A DNA stretch of 64,000 nt from Felis catus. Lineage: Eukaryota. The notes beneath the pieces were generated by a model. The model did no database searches and was not told the origin of the DNA. It saw only the letters and a list, made by a program, of their open reading frames with translations. Positions within the stretch are counted from its first letter, which is position 1, and each line of letters opens with the position of its first letter. Shown piece after piece: positions 36,846 to 50,353 of the stretch. The stretch is taken from assembly GCF_018350175.1 (NCBI RefSeq), contig NC_058368.1, positions 86,678,001-86,742,000 on the forward strand. The letters run 5' to 3'. The position numbers and the translations under genes were made by a program.

Positions 36846-39806
36846 CAAGTATCTGGATTTCTTTTAATGCTAGGGCCAACCTAGGAACAAATGTGTTCTT
36901 GAGACATTCATGACTCAATTTAAACACATACAAAAGAAGCTTTCCTGTTCCATTCATTCATTTTCATCCCATTGTTATATTTTTGTAACTTCTTTGGTCT
37001 TACTTTCAAAAACTGCAATCAAGGTGGTTCATTGGAAAGCTATCCATTACAAGCTGGTTCATTGTAACCCTAGTACATGTTTAAGCAGGATGCATTAAAG
37101 CAAATTATCATGGAATCTCAAAATCTATCCTGCTGATGATCTTCATAAAGCAGTGTAATAGCATAAGACAAAATGCAAATGTGAGTTTAAAAAAATGAGG
37201 AAAACTAGTTTAAAAATTAAAAAAAAATGAGGAAACAGCAAAATAAAAGTCAAATAATATTTAATTTTACTTTGATTATAGGACTACAAGAGTGTTTTAT
37301 GAAACTTCACAAAAGGTACCGAAGATGAGAAATATATTGAGAGAACATTTACTTGTTGTTTTCTAAGTTGAGACAATATATTCATACATAAAGTTTTGTG
37401 AACAGAGTTGGCAATAAATGTGTATGTAAACATTACTTTTATAAGTATTTTAGAAACTTCCTGAAATAAGAATTTGTAAACATCTTACTGGTCTGACTAT
37501 AGCTTTCTCTGCGGTGTAAATGTGTTAGAATAAATGTTACCTTTTATATTTTTAACGCCAACTTGTTACTTATGTATTTCTTTGAAATACTAGTTATGGG
37601 ATTTCATGTAAAATATCTACTTGTCTCATTGATGATTTCATAGTGAAATCGAAGGCTTTTGTAGGCTTGTGCTGTGAAACCTCACATGTAGAAAACTGAA
37701 GTCAGTTTTATTCCACCCTCCTCAAGAAAAAGAAAAGAAAACTATATCGTTAGAGGCTCCTCAGTATTTAGGTTGGAAAGTATGGTACCAACACCATCAC
37801 TATTCTCCTATGCTATCATGATTTATAGCCAATCCATCACAAATTCTTATTTTTACTACCAAATTATTTCAAAATGCATGAACATATTTCCGAGTCCTTA
37901 GACATTACCAGAGTCTGAACTACAATGCACTCATACTTGAATATCTTTATCTCAGGACATACATAGTTCAGTGAGAACTACATGCACAACCAGAGGTGAC
38001 ATTTTACAGAACACGTTTTCTCCCTGCTGAAAATATATCAATGCCTTTGTCATGCTTTAAAAACATAAACTGAATAAATCATCCTGACTGAGAAGCCCTG
38101 TATGGCCCATCACTAATTGCCTTGCTCTTTCTTTTTTCAAAGGTAAAGCCTCACTAGATTGTCTTATCACTATGTCCTTACCATGTTCGTTCTCCCACAT
38201 GCCACGGCTCACATTGCTTCCTCCACTGGACCCCCCCAGCAACAATCACAGTGTGCTGCTCTTCCTTCAGGATGTTTTTGTAGGCATCACTTCCTAAAGG
38301 CAGTCTTTGAACTCACTGAAAAACTCAACCCTTTCTATAGCACCATTTTCCACTCAACAGGTATCTTTCACTCAAACATTGCTCACTTAAAGTTTCACAT
38401 AGTCATATGTTTATATATTCATAGTACCTAATTCATGTTATTTTATTTCACTTCAAATAATAAATTATGTCATGGTTATCAAAAATCAAAGCTATTATAA
38501 GAAGACGTACATTTAGAAATCACAACACTTCACTTTTCTTGTCTACCTTATTTTCTTTTGCCTACATAGGGAAACAATTTAGAGTGCTTTCTTGTATTCA
38601 GATCCAGTGTTTATTTGACATTCTCCTAGATTTTCTTTGTAAAAAGCTAAAGACATAGGTGTATGAAATAAATAGGAACTTACAATACTTACTACACAAA
38701 AACCTAGTATACTATACACATCATACTGTAGCTTAATTGTTTTCACTTTGTGACTAAATATATTGAATAATGATTAATGCTGTGGTAAGGAGCACTTTTA
38801 ATTTGTTACTTTATATTCATGAGATGCCATATATTTTTAAAATCTCCCTAGTACTAGATCCTAATTACTGCCCTCATACATTGTGACATATTGCCCTAAT
38901 CTGCAATTAGATAAGTGTCCCCTTAAAGGTAACAATCTGCCCAGGAAATTCTAGCAATCCTGGGGTTATTTCTGGAAACCAAGAATTTTATCCATATTTT
39001 TAGAATTAAAAGCGTGTCCAGCCTACTCAACTGCCCTTTACCTTGTGTTCAAGAGTGAAATTTGCAAATGGACAAGCTCCACTCCATAATAACATCTTAT
39101 AGTATGTTCTCTCACTTTAGGATAACAGATAATAGCAAAGTATATGAACTATAAATTATAAAGATATATTCTTTAATATGTATTTAAAAAAAAAACCTCT
39201 ACCCCTGATAGGAATTACTACCAACGTTAACAATGAAGGTAAAGAAAATTAGGTCAACTAAATTAAAATAAATACTCCAGAAAGAACATGGGGCATCTGA
39301 AAAACTAGCATACTTTTAAAAATAACCATTATATATCAAATAAAATTTCAAGAACAAATTAAAGCATAGTAAGAGTCTCTGTGATATAAAGATTACAACA
39401 ATTAGGATAAAATGAATCTCAGTGTAATTTGCTTATTAAATACTGTGAATTGTCTGTATTACCTTTTATTTATCTTCTTTTTTCTTGAAGTATAATTAAC
39501 ATATGGTGTATAATATTTCATGTATACACGATAATGATTCAACAATTCTATATATTACAGTGCTCATCACAATAAGTGTACTGTTAACCCTTTTTTACTA
39601 TTTTTCCTTTCCACTTACACACTTGCCTTCTAGTAGTAACCAATAGTTTGTTCTCTGCATTTAAGGGTCTATTTTTTTTCTTTGTTTTTCTGGGCTCTTA
39701 AATTCCACATATGAGTGAAATGGTATGGTATTTGTCTTTCTCTGGCATTTCATTTAGTATAATACCCTCTAAATCCATTCATGTTGTTAAAAAATGCCAA
39801 AGTCTT

Positions 39807-40012
39807 GGGTGCCTGGGTGGCTCAGTCAGTTATGCATCTGACTTTGGGTCAGGTCATGATCTCATGGTTTGTGAGTTAGAACCACATGTCAGGCTCTTTG
39901 CCAACAGCCCAGAGACTGGAGTCGGCTTCGGATTCTGTCTCCGTGCCCCTCACCTTCTCACATTCTGTCTCTCTTTCTCTCTCTCAGAAATAAACATATT
40001 TAAAAAAAATTA
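39807..40012 (+). mobile_element. CAN-SINE nested in L1 3' UTR
   Basis: TSD aaatgccaaa(g/c)tctt. Confidence 0.94.
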
Positions 40013-40124
40013 AATGCCAAACTCTTCTTCTTATAGTTAAGTACTATTCCACAATATTCATACATATATACATACATGTATAAGGAAGTTCATATATTTA
40101 TATATGAATGCATTTATATATGAA

Positions 40125-40164
<40 letters not shown>

Positions 40165-40819
40165 CATCTGACTTCGGCTCTGTTGTCTGTTCTATTGATG
40201 TATATATCTGATTTTGTGCCATAAATAGTATTTTCTCTATCCATTCATCTGTGGATGAATACTTGGGTTGCTTCCATATATTGGTTATTGAAAACAATGT
40301 TCCATTAAACATAGAGGCCATATATCTTTTGCAGTTAGTGTTTTAATTTTTTTGGTAAATACCAAGTAGTGGAATTAGTGGATCATATGGTAATTCCACT
40401 TTAGTATTTTTTTGAACCTGCATACTGTTTTTTCCACAGTGGTTGCACCAGTTTGCACTCCCACCAACAATTCATGAAGGTTATTTTTCTCCACATCCTC
40501 TTCAAAACTTGGCTATTTCTAGTGCTTTTGATTATAGCCATCCTGACAGATACAAAGTGATATCTTGTGGTTTTGATTTGCATTTCTCTGATGATGAGTG
40601 ATTTTGAGCATCTTTTCATGCATCACTTGGCCACCTGTGTATCTTTTTTTTTTGGAAAAATGTCTACTCAGGTCTTCTGCCCATTTTTTAATTGAATTTT
40701 TGTTTTTTTTCTTTTATTTCTCCTTTTGTTGGTACTGTATGTTTATTATGTATTTTGAATATTGACTGATTATTTTATATATCATTTACAAATGTCTTGT
40801 TCAAAACAGGTTGCCTTTA

Positions 40820-41275
40820 TTTTTTTTAATTTTCTTTTTTTCTTTTTTTAAAATTTACATCCAGATTAGCATATAGTGAAACAATGATTTCAGGAGTAGA
40901 TTCCTTAGTGCCCCTTCCCATTTAGCCCATCCCCCCTCCCACAACCCCTCCCATTACCCTCAGTTTGTTATTCATATTTATAAGTCTCTTCTGTTTTGTC
41001 CCCCTCCCTGTTTTTATATTATTTTTGTTTCCCTTCTTTTATGTTCATCTGTTTTATCTTAAAGTCCTCATATGAATGAAGTCATGAGTTTTGTCTTTCT
41101 CTGACTGACAAATTTCACTTAGCATCATACCCTCCAGTTCCATCCATGTAGTTGCAAATGACAAGATTTCATTCTTTTTGATTGCTGAGTAATACTCCAC
41201 TGTGTGTATACATATATATATGAAATATATATTTATATAAAATATATATAAATATATAAAATTTAAATATATATA

Positions 41276-41322
<47 letters not shown>

Positions 41323-41352
41323 CATTTTCTTTATCCATTCATCCATTGATGG
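40820..41352 (-). mobile_element. Younger L1 3' end nested in an older L1
   Basis: Poly(T), 3' UTR of the 4990-5240 type, TA expansion, and TSD gg(t/c)tgccttta. Confidence 0.9.
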
Positions 41353-43230
41353 GCTGCCTTTAAAAAAAGGTTGGCTTTTTGTTTACTTGATTGTTTCCTT
41401 CACTGTGCAAAAGATATTTAATTTTGGTGATGTTGTCACAGTAGTTTAATTTTGCTTTTGTTTCCCTTGCCTGAAAACACATATATAGAAAAATGTTTCA
41501 ACAGACAAAGTCAAAAAATTACTGCCTAACTTTTCTTCTAGGAGTCTGATGGTTTTAGGTATCACATTTATGTCTTTAATTCATTTGGAGTTTATTTTGG
41601 TATGTGGTGTAAAAAGTGGTCCACTTTCATTCTTCTGCATATAGGTGCCCAATTTTCACAATACTATTTGTTGGAGACTCTCTTTTCCCCATGGTACACT
41701 TTTGCATCCTGTGTCATTGACTATAAAGCCCAAATTATATTTCTGGGTTTTCTATTCTGTTCTATTCATCTATGTGTATGTTTTTGTGCCGGTGCAATAC
41801 TGTTTTGGTTATTAAACCTTTATAGTATATCTTGTAATCTGGAACTGTTATGATCCAGTTTTATTCTTCTTTATCAAGATTGCTTTGGTTATTTGAGGTC
41901 TTTGTGGTTGCATACAAATTTGAGGATTATTTGTTTTAGTTCTGTGAATGATGTTGTTGGTATTTTGAAAAGGATTACAATAAATCTTTACATTGCTTTG
42001 GGTAGTATGGACATTTTAACAATTGTGGTTCTTACAATACATGGTGGTTCTTCCAGTACCTGGGGATAATATATCTTTGCATTTGTTGGGTGTTATCTTC
42101 AATTTCTTTTATCAGTCTACTTTTCAGAGGGTAAGTGTTTTACTTCCTTAGCAAAGTTTACTTCCTTACTTTACTCTTTTGGTGCAATTGTAAGTGGGAT
42201 TGTTTTCTTAATTTCTTTTTCCTCTACCTCATTATTGGCATATAAAATTGCAACTGAATTAATTTATCAATTCTAGTAGATTCTGGTGGAGTCTGGAGGG
42301 TGTCCTATACATTCTATTATGTCATCTGAAAATAGTGAAAATTTTATATTTGTCTTATTAATTTGGATGTCTTTTATTTCTTCTCTAGTCTGATCCTGTG
42401 GTTAGGACTTTCAGTACCACGTTCAATAACAGGGGTGAAAGTAGATATCTTTGTATTGCTCATGGTATTAGAGAAAAACTTTTCATTTTTTCACCATTGA
42501 GTATGATGTTTGCTTTGGCTTTTTCACATTTGGCCTTTATTAATTGATACATGTTTCATATAAACTTACTGAATTACAAGTGTTTTTTTTTTTATCACAA
42601 ACTGATGTTGTTCATTGTCTCATGTTTTTTCTGCATCTATTAAGGTAATAGGTTCTAATCCTTTTGGTTGTTAATGAATGTATCATATTGATTGGTTTAC
42701 AAATGTTGAACTATCCTTGCACCCTTGGAAAAAATACCACCTGATTGTAGTAACTTTTTTTTAAATATATTGTTAGATTTGTTCACTAATGATTTGGTGA
42801 GCGTATTTGCACCTATATTGGCCGTTGGCTTTTTGTTTGTTTGTTTGTTTTGTTTTGTTTTGTTTTTTCTTTCAGTGTCTTTGTCTGCTTTTGGTGTCAG
42901 GGTAATGTTGACCTTATAGAATGCATTTAGAAGGTTTCCTTCTCCTTTATTTTTTTGGAAACGTTTGAGAAATGTATGAGAGATTACAGTAGTGACTCCA
43001 ATGTTAGCCTTCTGACTTGTGGACAAGTCAGACCATCCACTAGATGGTCCTCCTGAGGCTATGTGCTCTGGGGCCCCTTGGACATGAATATATCTTTAGT
43101 CCTCCATAAATATGTTAAATATAACATCATCACTCTTCTTCCTTATGCACAAGTGATTCTATTATATCTAATTAAATATTACATGTTAATTAGGTGCATA
43201 TAAGATCTTTGAAATGCATGTGAAGACTCT

Positions 43231-46200
43231 TTTTTTTTAATATATGAAGTTTATTGTCAAATTGGTTTCCATAAAACACCCAGTGCTCATCCCAAAAGGT
43301 GCCCTCCTCAATACCCATCACCCACCCACCGCTCCCTCCCACCCCCCATCAACCCTCAGTTTGTTCTCAGTTTTTAAGAGTCTCTTATGCTTTGGCTCTC
43401 TCCCACTCTAACTTCCTTTTTTTTTCCTTCCCCTCCCCCATGGGTTTCTGTTAAGTTTTTCAGGATCCACATAAGAGTGAAAACATATGGTATAAGTCTT
43501 TCTCTGTATGGCTTATTTCACTTAGAATAACACTCTTCAGTTCCATCCATGTTGCTACAAAGGGCCATATTTCATTCTTTCTCATTGCCATGAAGTACTC
43601 CATTGTGTATATACACCACAATTTATTTATCCGTTCATCAGTTGATGGACATTTAGGCTCTTTCCATAATTTGGCTATTGTTGAGAGTGCGGCTATAAAC
43701 ATTGGGGGACAAGTGCCCTTATGCATCAGTATTCCTGTATCCCTTGGGTAAATTCCTAGCAGTGCTAATGCTGGGTCATAGGGTAGGTCTATTTTTTAAT
43801 TTTTTGAGGAACCTCCACACTGCTTTCCAGAGTGGCTGCACCAATTTGCATTCCCACCAAAAGTGCAAGAGGGTTCCCGTTTCACCACATCCTCTCCAGC
43901 ATCTATAGTCTCCTGATTTGTTCATTTTGGCCATCTGACTAGCTTGAGGTGATATCTGAGTGTGGTTTTGACTTCTCTTTCCCTGATGAGGAGCGACGTT
44001 GAGCATCTTTTCATGTGCTTGTTGGCCATCCGGATGTCTTTAGAGAAGTGTCTATTCATGTTTTCTGCCCATTTCTTCACTGGGTTATTTGGTTTTTGGG
44101 TGTGGAGTTTGGTGAGCTCTTTATAGATTTTGGATACTAGCCCTTTGTCCAATATGTCATTTGCAAATATCTTTTCCCATTCCGTTGGTTGCCTTTTAGT
44201 TTGGATGGTTGTTTCCTTTACTGTGCAGAAGCTTTTTATCTTCATGAGGTGTCAATAGTTCATTTTTGCTTTAATTTCCTTGCCTTTGGGAATGTGTCAG
44301 GTAAGACATTGCTGCGGCTGAGGTCAGAGAGGTCTTTTCCTGCTTTCTGCTCTAGGGTTTTGATGGTTTCCTGTCTCACATTCATGTCCTTCCTCCATTT
44401 TGAGTTTATTTTTGTGAATGGTGTGAGAAAGTGGTCTAGTTTCAACCTTGTGCATGTTGCTGTCCAGTTCTCCCAGCACCATTTGTTAAAGAGACTCTCT
44501 TTTTTTCCATTGGATGATCTTTCCTGCTTTGTCAAAGATTAGTTGGCCATCCTTTTGTGGGTCTAGTTCTAGGGTTTCCATTCTATTCCATTGGTCTATG
44601 TGTCTGTTTTCGTGCCAATACCATGCTGTCTTGATGATTACAGCTTTGTAGTAGAGGCTAAAGTCTGGGATTGTGATGCCTCCTGCTTTGATCTTCTTCT
44701 TCAAAATTCCTTTGGCTATTCGGGGCCTTTTGTGGTTCCATGTGAATTTTAGGATTGCTTGTTCTGGCTTCGAGAAGAATGCTGGTGCAATTTTGATTGG
44801 AATTGCATTGAATGTGTACATAGCTTTGGGTAGTATTGACATTTTGACAATATTCATTCTTCCAATCCATGAGCATGGAATACTTTTCCATTTCTTTATA
44901 TCTTCTTCAATTTCCTTCATAAGCTTTCTATAGTTTTCAGCATACAGATCTTTTACATCTTTGGTTAGATTTATCTGTAGGTATTTTTTGATTCTTGGTG
45001 CAATTGTCAATGGGATCAGTTTCTTTATTTGTCTTTCTCTTGCTTCATTATTAGTGTATAAGAATGAAACTGATTTCTGTACATTGATTTTGTATCCTGC
45101 AACTTTGCTAAATTCATGTATCAGTTCTAACAGACTTTTGGTGGAGTCTATCGGATTTTCCATGTATAATATCATGTCATCTGCAAAAAGTGAAAGCTTC
45201 ACTTCATTTTTGCCAAGTTTGATGCCTGTGATTTCCTTTTGTTGTCTGATTGCTGATACTAGAACTTCCAACACTATGTTAAACAACAGTGGTGAGAGTG
45301 GACATCCCTGTCGTGTTCCTGATCTCAGGGAAAAAGCTCTCAGTTTTTCCCCATTGAGGATGATGTTAGCTGTGGGCTTTTCATAAGTGGCTTTTATGAT
45401 CTTTAAGTATGTTACTTCTATCCCGACTTTCTCAAGGGTTTTTATTAAAAAAGTTGCTGAATTTTGTCAAAGGCCTTTTCTGCGTCGATTGGCAGGATCA
45501 TATGGTTCTTATCTTTTCTTTTATTAATGTGATGTATCACATTGATTGATTTGCGAATGTTGAACCAGCCCTACAGCTAGGAATGAATCCCACTTGATCA
45601 TGGTGAATAATTCTTTTTATATGCTGTTGAATTCGATTTGCTAGTATCTTATGGAAATTTTTGCATCCATAATCATCAGGGATATTGGCCTGTAGTTCTC
45701 TTTTTTTACTGGGTCTCTGTCTGGTTTAGGAATCAAAGTAATACTGGCTTCATAGAATGAGTCTGGAAGGTTTCCTTCCCTTTCTATTTCTTGGACTAGC
45801 TTGAGAAGGATAGGTATTATCTCTACTTTAAACGTCTGGTAGAACTCCGCTGTGAAGCCATCTGGTCCTGGACTCTTATTTGTTGGAGATTTTTGATGAC
45901 TGATTCAATTTCCTCGCTGGTTATGGGTCTGTTCAAGCTTTCTATTTCCTCCTGATTGAGTTTTAGAAACGTGTGGGTGTTTAGGAATTTTTCCCATTTC
46001 TTCCAGGTTGTCCAGTTTGTTGGCATATAATTTTTCATAGTATTCCCTGATAATTGCTTGTGTCTCTGAGGGATTGGTTGTAATAATTCCATTTTCATTC
46101 ATGATTTTATCTATTTGGGTCATCTCCTTTTTCTTTTTGAGAAGCCTGTCTAGAGGTTTGTCAATTTTGTTTATTTTTTCAAAAAAACAACTCTTGGTTT

Positions 46201-49138
46201 CATTGATCTGCTCTACAGTTTATTTAGATTCTATATTGTTTATTTCTGCTCTGATCTTTCTTATTTCTCTTCTTTCCCTGGGTTTATGCTGTCTTTGCTG
46301 TTCTGCTTCTATTTTCTGTAGTTGTGCTGTTAGATTTTGTATTTGGGACTTTTCTTGTTTCTTGAGATAGGCATGGATTGCAATGTATTTTCCTTTCAGG
46401 ACTGCCTTCACTGCAGCCATCCCAAAGAATTTGGATTGTTGTATTTTCATTTTCGTTTGTTTCCATATATTTCTTAATTTCTTCTCTAATTGCCTGGTTG
46501 ACCCACTCATTCTTTAGTAGGGTGTTCTTTAACCTCCATGCTTTTGGAGGTTTTCCAGACTTTTTCCTGTGGTTGATTTCAAGCTTCATAGCATTGTGGT
46601 CTGAAAGTATGCACGGTATGATTTCAATTTTTGTATACTTGTGAGGGGCTGTTTTGTGACCCAGTATGTGATCTATCTTGGAGAATGTTCCATGTGCACT
46701 CGAGAAGAAAGCATATTCTGTTGCTTTGGGATGCAGAGTTCTAAATATATCTGTCAAGTCCATCTGATCCAATGTATCATTCAGGGTCCTTGTTTCTTTA
46801 TTGACAATGTGTCTAGATGATCTATCCATTTCTGTAAGTGGAGTGTTAAAGTCCCCTGCAATTACCACATTCTTATCAATAAGGTTGCTTATGTTTGCGA
46901 GTAATTGTTTTATATATTTGGGGGCTCCTGTATTCGGCGCATAGACATTTATAATTGTTAGCTCTTCCTGATGGATAGACCCTGTGATTATTATATAATG
47001 CCCTTCTTCATGTCTTGTTACAGCCTGTAATTTAAAGGCTAGTTTGTCTGATATAAATATGGCTACTCCAGCTTTCTTTCGACTTCCAGTGGCATGATAA
47101 ATAGTTCTCCATCCTCTCACTCTCAATCTGAAGGTGTCCTCAGGTCTAAAATGAGTCTCTTGTAGACAGCAAATAGATGGGTCTTGTTTTTTTATCCATT
47201 CTGATACCCTATGTCTTTTGGTTGGCGCATTTAGTCCATTTACATTCAGTGTTATTATAGAAAGATGCAGGTTTAGAGTCATTGTGATGTCTATATGATT
47301 TATGCTTGTAGTGATGTCTCTGGTACTTTGTCTCACAGGATCCCCCTTAGGATCTCTTGTAGGGCTGGTTTACTGGTGACGAATTCCTTCAGTTTTTGTT
47401 TGCGTGGGAAGACCTTTATCTCTCCTTCTATTCTAAATGACAGACTTGCTGGATAAAGGATTCTCGGCTGCATATTTTTTCTGTTTATCACATTGAAGAT
47501 CTGCCATTCCTTTCTGGCCTGCCCAGTTTCAGTAGAGAGTTCAGTCACGAGTCTTATAGGTCTCCCTTTATATGTTAGAGCATGTTTATCTCTATCTGTT
47601 TTCAGAATTCTCTCTTTATCCTTGTATTTTGGCAGTTTCACTGTGATATGTCATGCAGAAGATCAATTCAAGTTACATCTGAAGGGAGTTCTCTGTGCCT
47701 CTTGGATTTCAATCCCTTTTTCCTTCCCCAGATCAGGGAAGTTCTCAGCTATGATTTCTTCAAGTATACCTTCAGCACCTTTCCCTCTCTTCCTCCGCTG
47801 GAATACCAATTATGTGTATATTATTTCTCTTTAGTGCATCACTTTGTTCTCTAATTTTCCCCTTATACTCCTGGATTCTTCTATCTCTCTTTTTCTCAGC
47901 TTCTTCTTTTTCCATAATTTTATCTTCTAGTTCACCTAGTCTCTCCTCTGCTTCTTTAATCTGAGCTGTGGTTGTCTCCATTTTATTTTGTGGCTCATTG
48001 ATAGCATTTTTTAGCTCCTCCTGGCTGTTCCTTAGTCCCTTGATCTCTGTAGCAATAGATATTTGCTGTCCTTTATTCTGTTTTCAAGCCCAGCGATTAA
48101 TTTTATGACTATTATTCTAAATTCACTTTCTGTTATATTGTTTAAATAGTTTTTGATCATTTCATTAGCTGTTGTTATTTCCTGGATGTTTTTTTGAGGG
48201 GAATTATTTCGTTTCGTTCGTTTCGTCATTTTGAATAGTCCCTGGTGTGGTGCGGAACTGAGGGGCACTTCCCCTGTGCTGTCTTGAATAACTTGCGTTG
48301 GTGGGCGGGGCAGCAGTCAGACCTGATGTCTGCCCCCAGCCCACTGCTGGGGCCAGAGTCCGACTGGTGTGTGCCTTCTCTTCCCCTCTCCTAGGGGCGA
48401 GATTCACTGTGGGGTGGCATGGCCCATCTGGGCTACTTGCACACTGCCAGACTTATGGTGCTGGGGATCTGGTGTATTAGCTGGGGTGGATTGGCAAGGT
48501 GCACAGGTGCAGGAAGGGTAGGCTCAGCTCGCTTTTCTTTCGGAGATCCACTTCGGGAGGGGCCCTGCGGCACCAGGAGGGAGTCAGATCCGGTGGAGTG
48601 ATGGACCCGCAGAATCATAGCGTTGGGTGTTTGCGTGATGCAAGTAAGTTCCCTTGCAAGAACTGGTTCCCTTTGGGATTTTGGCTGGGCGATGGGCTAG
48701 GGAGATGGCGCTGGGAGCGCCTTTGTTCCCCACCAAGCTGAGCTCTAGAGCTCAACAACTCTCCTTTCCGTTGTCCTCCAGCCCTCCCGTTCTCCAAGCA
48801 GAGCTGTTAGCTTATAACCTTTCAGATGTCAAGTCCCACTTGCTGTCAGAACACCCTCCATCCAGCCCCTCGGCTTTTGCAAGCCAGACTCGGGGCTCTG
48901 CTTGGCCGGCAGGCCGCCCCTCCATCCCGGCTCCCTCCCACCAGTCCTTGTAGTGTGTACCCCCTCTCTGCCCTTCCTACCCTCTTCTGTGGGCCTCTTG
49001 TCTGTGCCTGGCTCTGGAGACTCCGTTCTGCTGCTAGTCTTCTGGAGGTTTTCTGGGTTATTTAGGCAGGTGTAGGTGGAATAAGTGATCAGCAGGACAT
49101 GCAGTGAGCCCAGCATCCTCCTACACCACCATCTTCCT
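43231..49138 (-). mobile_element. Near-full-length (~5.9 kb) felid-type LINE-1, frameshifted
   Basis: ~900-bp GC-rich 5' UTR starting ggaagatgg; ORF1 ATG at 48229 to stop at 47333; ORF2 ATG at 47282 with EN, RT (LFADDMI) and C-terminal region; 3' UTR and poly(A). Degenerate TSD gcatgt(g/c)aagact at 43216-43228 and 49143-49155. Confidence 0.98.
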
Positions 49139-49239
49139 AAAAGCATGTCAAGACTTTCATATCACTACAATACCATTGTACATGTCCTCTTTTATAAAAT
49201 TCTATACAATTATATAAAATTTTAAATTAAGGTCCATAC

Positions 49240-49427
49240 TGTGCAGAGCATAACTATATAGCTGGATTGTTTCCTGCTCGACCTTTTCTGTTAGCAAGTG
49301 GACCTGAATAAAACTCTTTGTAAACTGTATGGAGTGCCCTGCTTTGTTATTTAGCCTCAATGTCTTTTAGTTTGGGAGATACTTTACAGTCACGTCACCT
49401 TCCAACAATTGTCAAGCCAACCAGGAG
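49240..49427 (+). mobile_element. Degraded ERV LTR 3' part plus tRNA-Arg-like primer-binding site
   Basis: AATAAA at ~49307, LTR-like end ccaaca at 49407, then tgtcaagccaaccaggag (15/18 match to TGGCGAGCCAGCCAGGAG). Confidence 0.55.
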
Positions 49428-50140
49428 GAAACCATAACTGGGTAAATGAGCCATGCTGGGAGGAAAGCCTTTGGTCTGTGGGAAATTCCAAGTTTGCTCT
49501 CCACCCTCATGTTTGGAGACTTGGCCAAGTGTTTTGAGTGTTTCAGATAGGTGTGTGGGTATGAGGGCATCCTGAAAAGTGCCCACACTCTTGTTAGATA
49601 CCTCATACAAAACAGTGAGGAAGGGAAAATGGAGAAGAAAAAGTGAGCGAGTTATTGTAAGTGGTAGGTTGACCATTGCTCTGTGTGTTATGAATGCCAC
49701 AAAAAAGGTATCACAAGTAAGGACAAAATTGGGACAGGCTAGGAAAATGTTGTCTTTAGAAAGAGATATGAAAGCTGCATGTTCCTCTAATACAGACATT
49801 AAATACAAAATAATTCAATGGTAGGAGAAATGCTTGGAAAATATAGCATGTAAGATGACAAAGATGTGGGCACAGATTACCACTTACTAAAGTGAGAACT
49901 ATTATATCTAAGAGAATTAGGACCTTATTATGTGGGATCCTTCAGAAAATGATTTTGATGGAGGAGGAAAAATTAACATGGTGACCTTTGATTGAAATGA
50001 AGAACGAGACCTCTCATGAGCCTGGGGATGACTGCAAGAAAATTCTCACTAGTCAGAAACTATGATGAAATATTGTGCCACTCAATTAGTCAGACTAATG
50101 AGCTGCTATTAGCAAAAGTGTCAAGAAGGGGCGGCATTCA

Positions 50141-50353
50141 GGGACTCCAGGGTGGCTCAGTCAGTAAGCATCCAACTCTGGATTTTGGCTCAGGTCATGA
50201 TCCCATGGTTCGTGAGATAGAGCCTCATGTCAGCCTCTGTGCTGACAGTGCAGAGCCTGTTTGGGATTCTCTCTCTCCCTCTCTTTGTGTCCCTCCCCCA
50301 CACATGCTTGCTCTCTCTCAAAAATAAATACATAAACATTAAAATAAAAAAAA
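50141..50353 (+). mobile_element. CAN-SINE
   Basis: Head, CT tract and A tail. Confidence 0.93.

Larger units (their letters stand above)
39465..42972 (-). mobile_element. Older 5'-truncated L1 (RT to 3' end) with nested inserts
   Basis: Antisense 3' UTR and ORF2 remnants ([31 protein letters not shown]). Confidence 0.92.

Noticed and set aside
46284..47336. 350-aa ORF as a host gene
   Set aside because: It is the L1 spacer plus the EN domain running into a frameshifted tail.
48298..49146. Many ORFs in the L1 5' UTR (ORF0-like?)
   Set aside because: Expected in GC-rich, stop-poor DNA. ORF0 is described for primate L1 and I see no similarity.
49395..49824. 137-aa and 81-aa ORFs
   Set aside because: No recognisable motifs; they overlap a probable ERV remnant.
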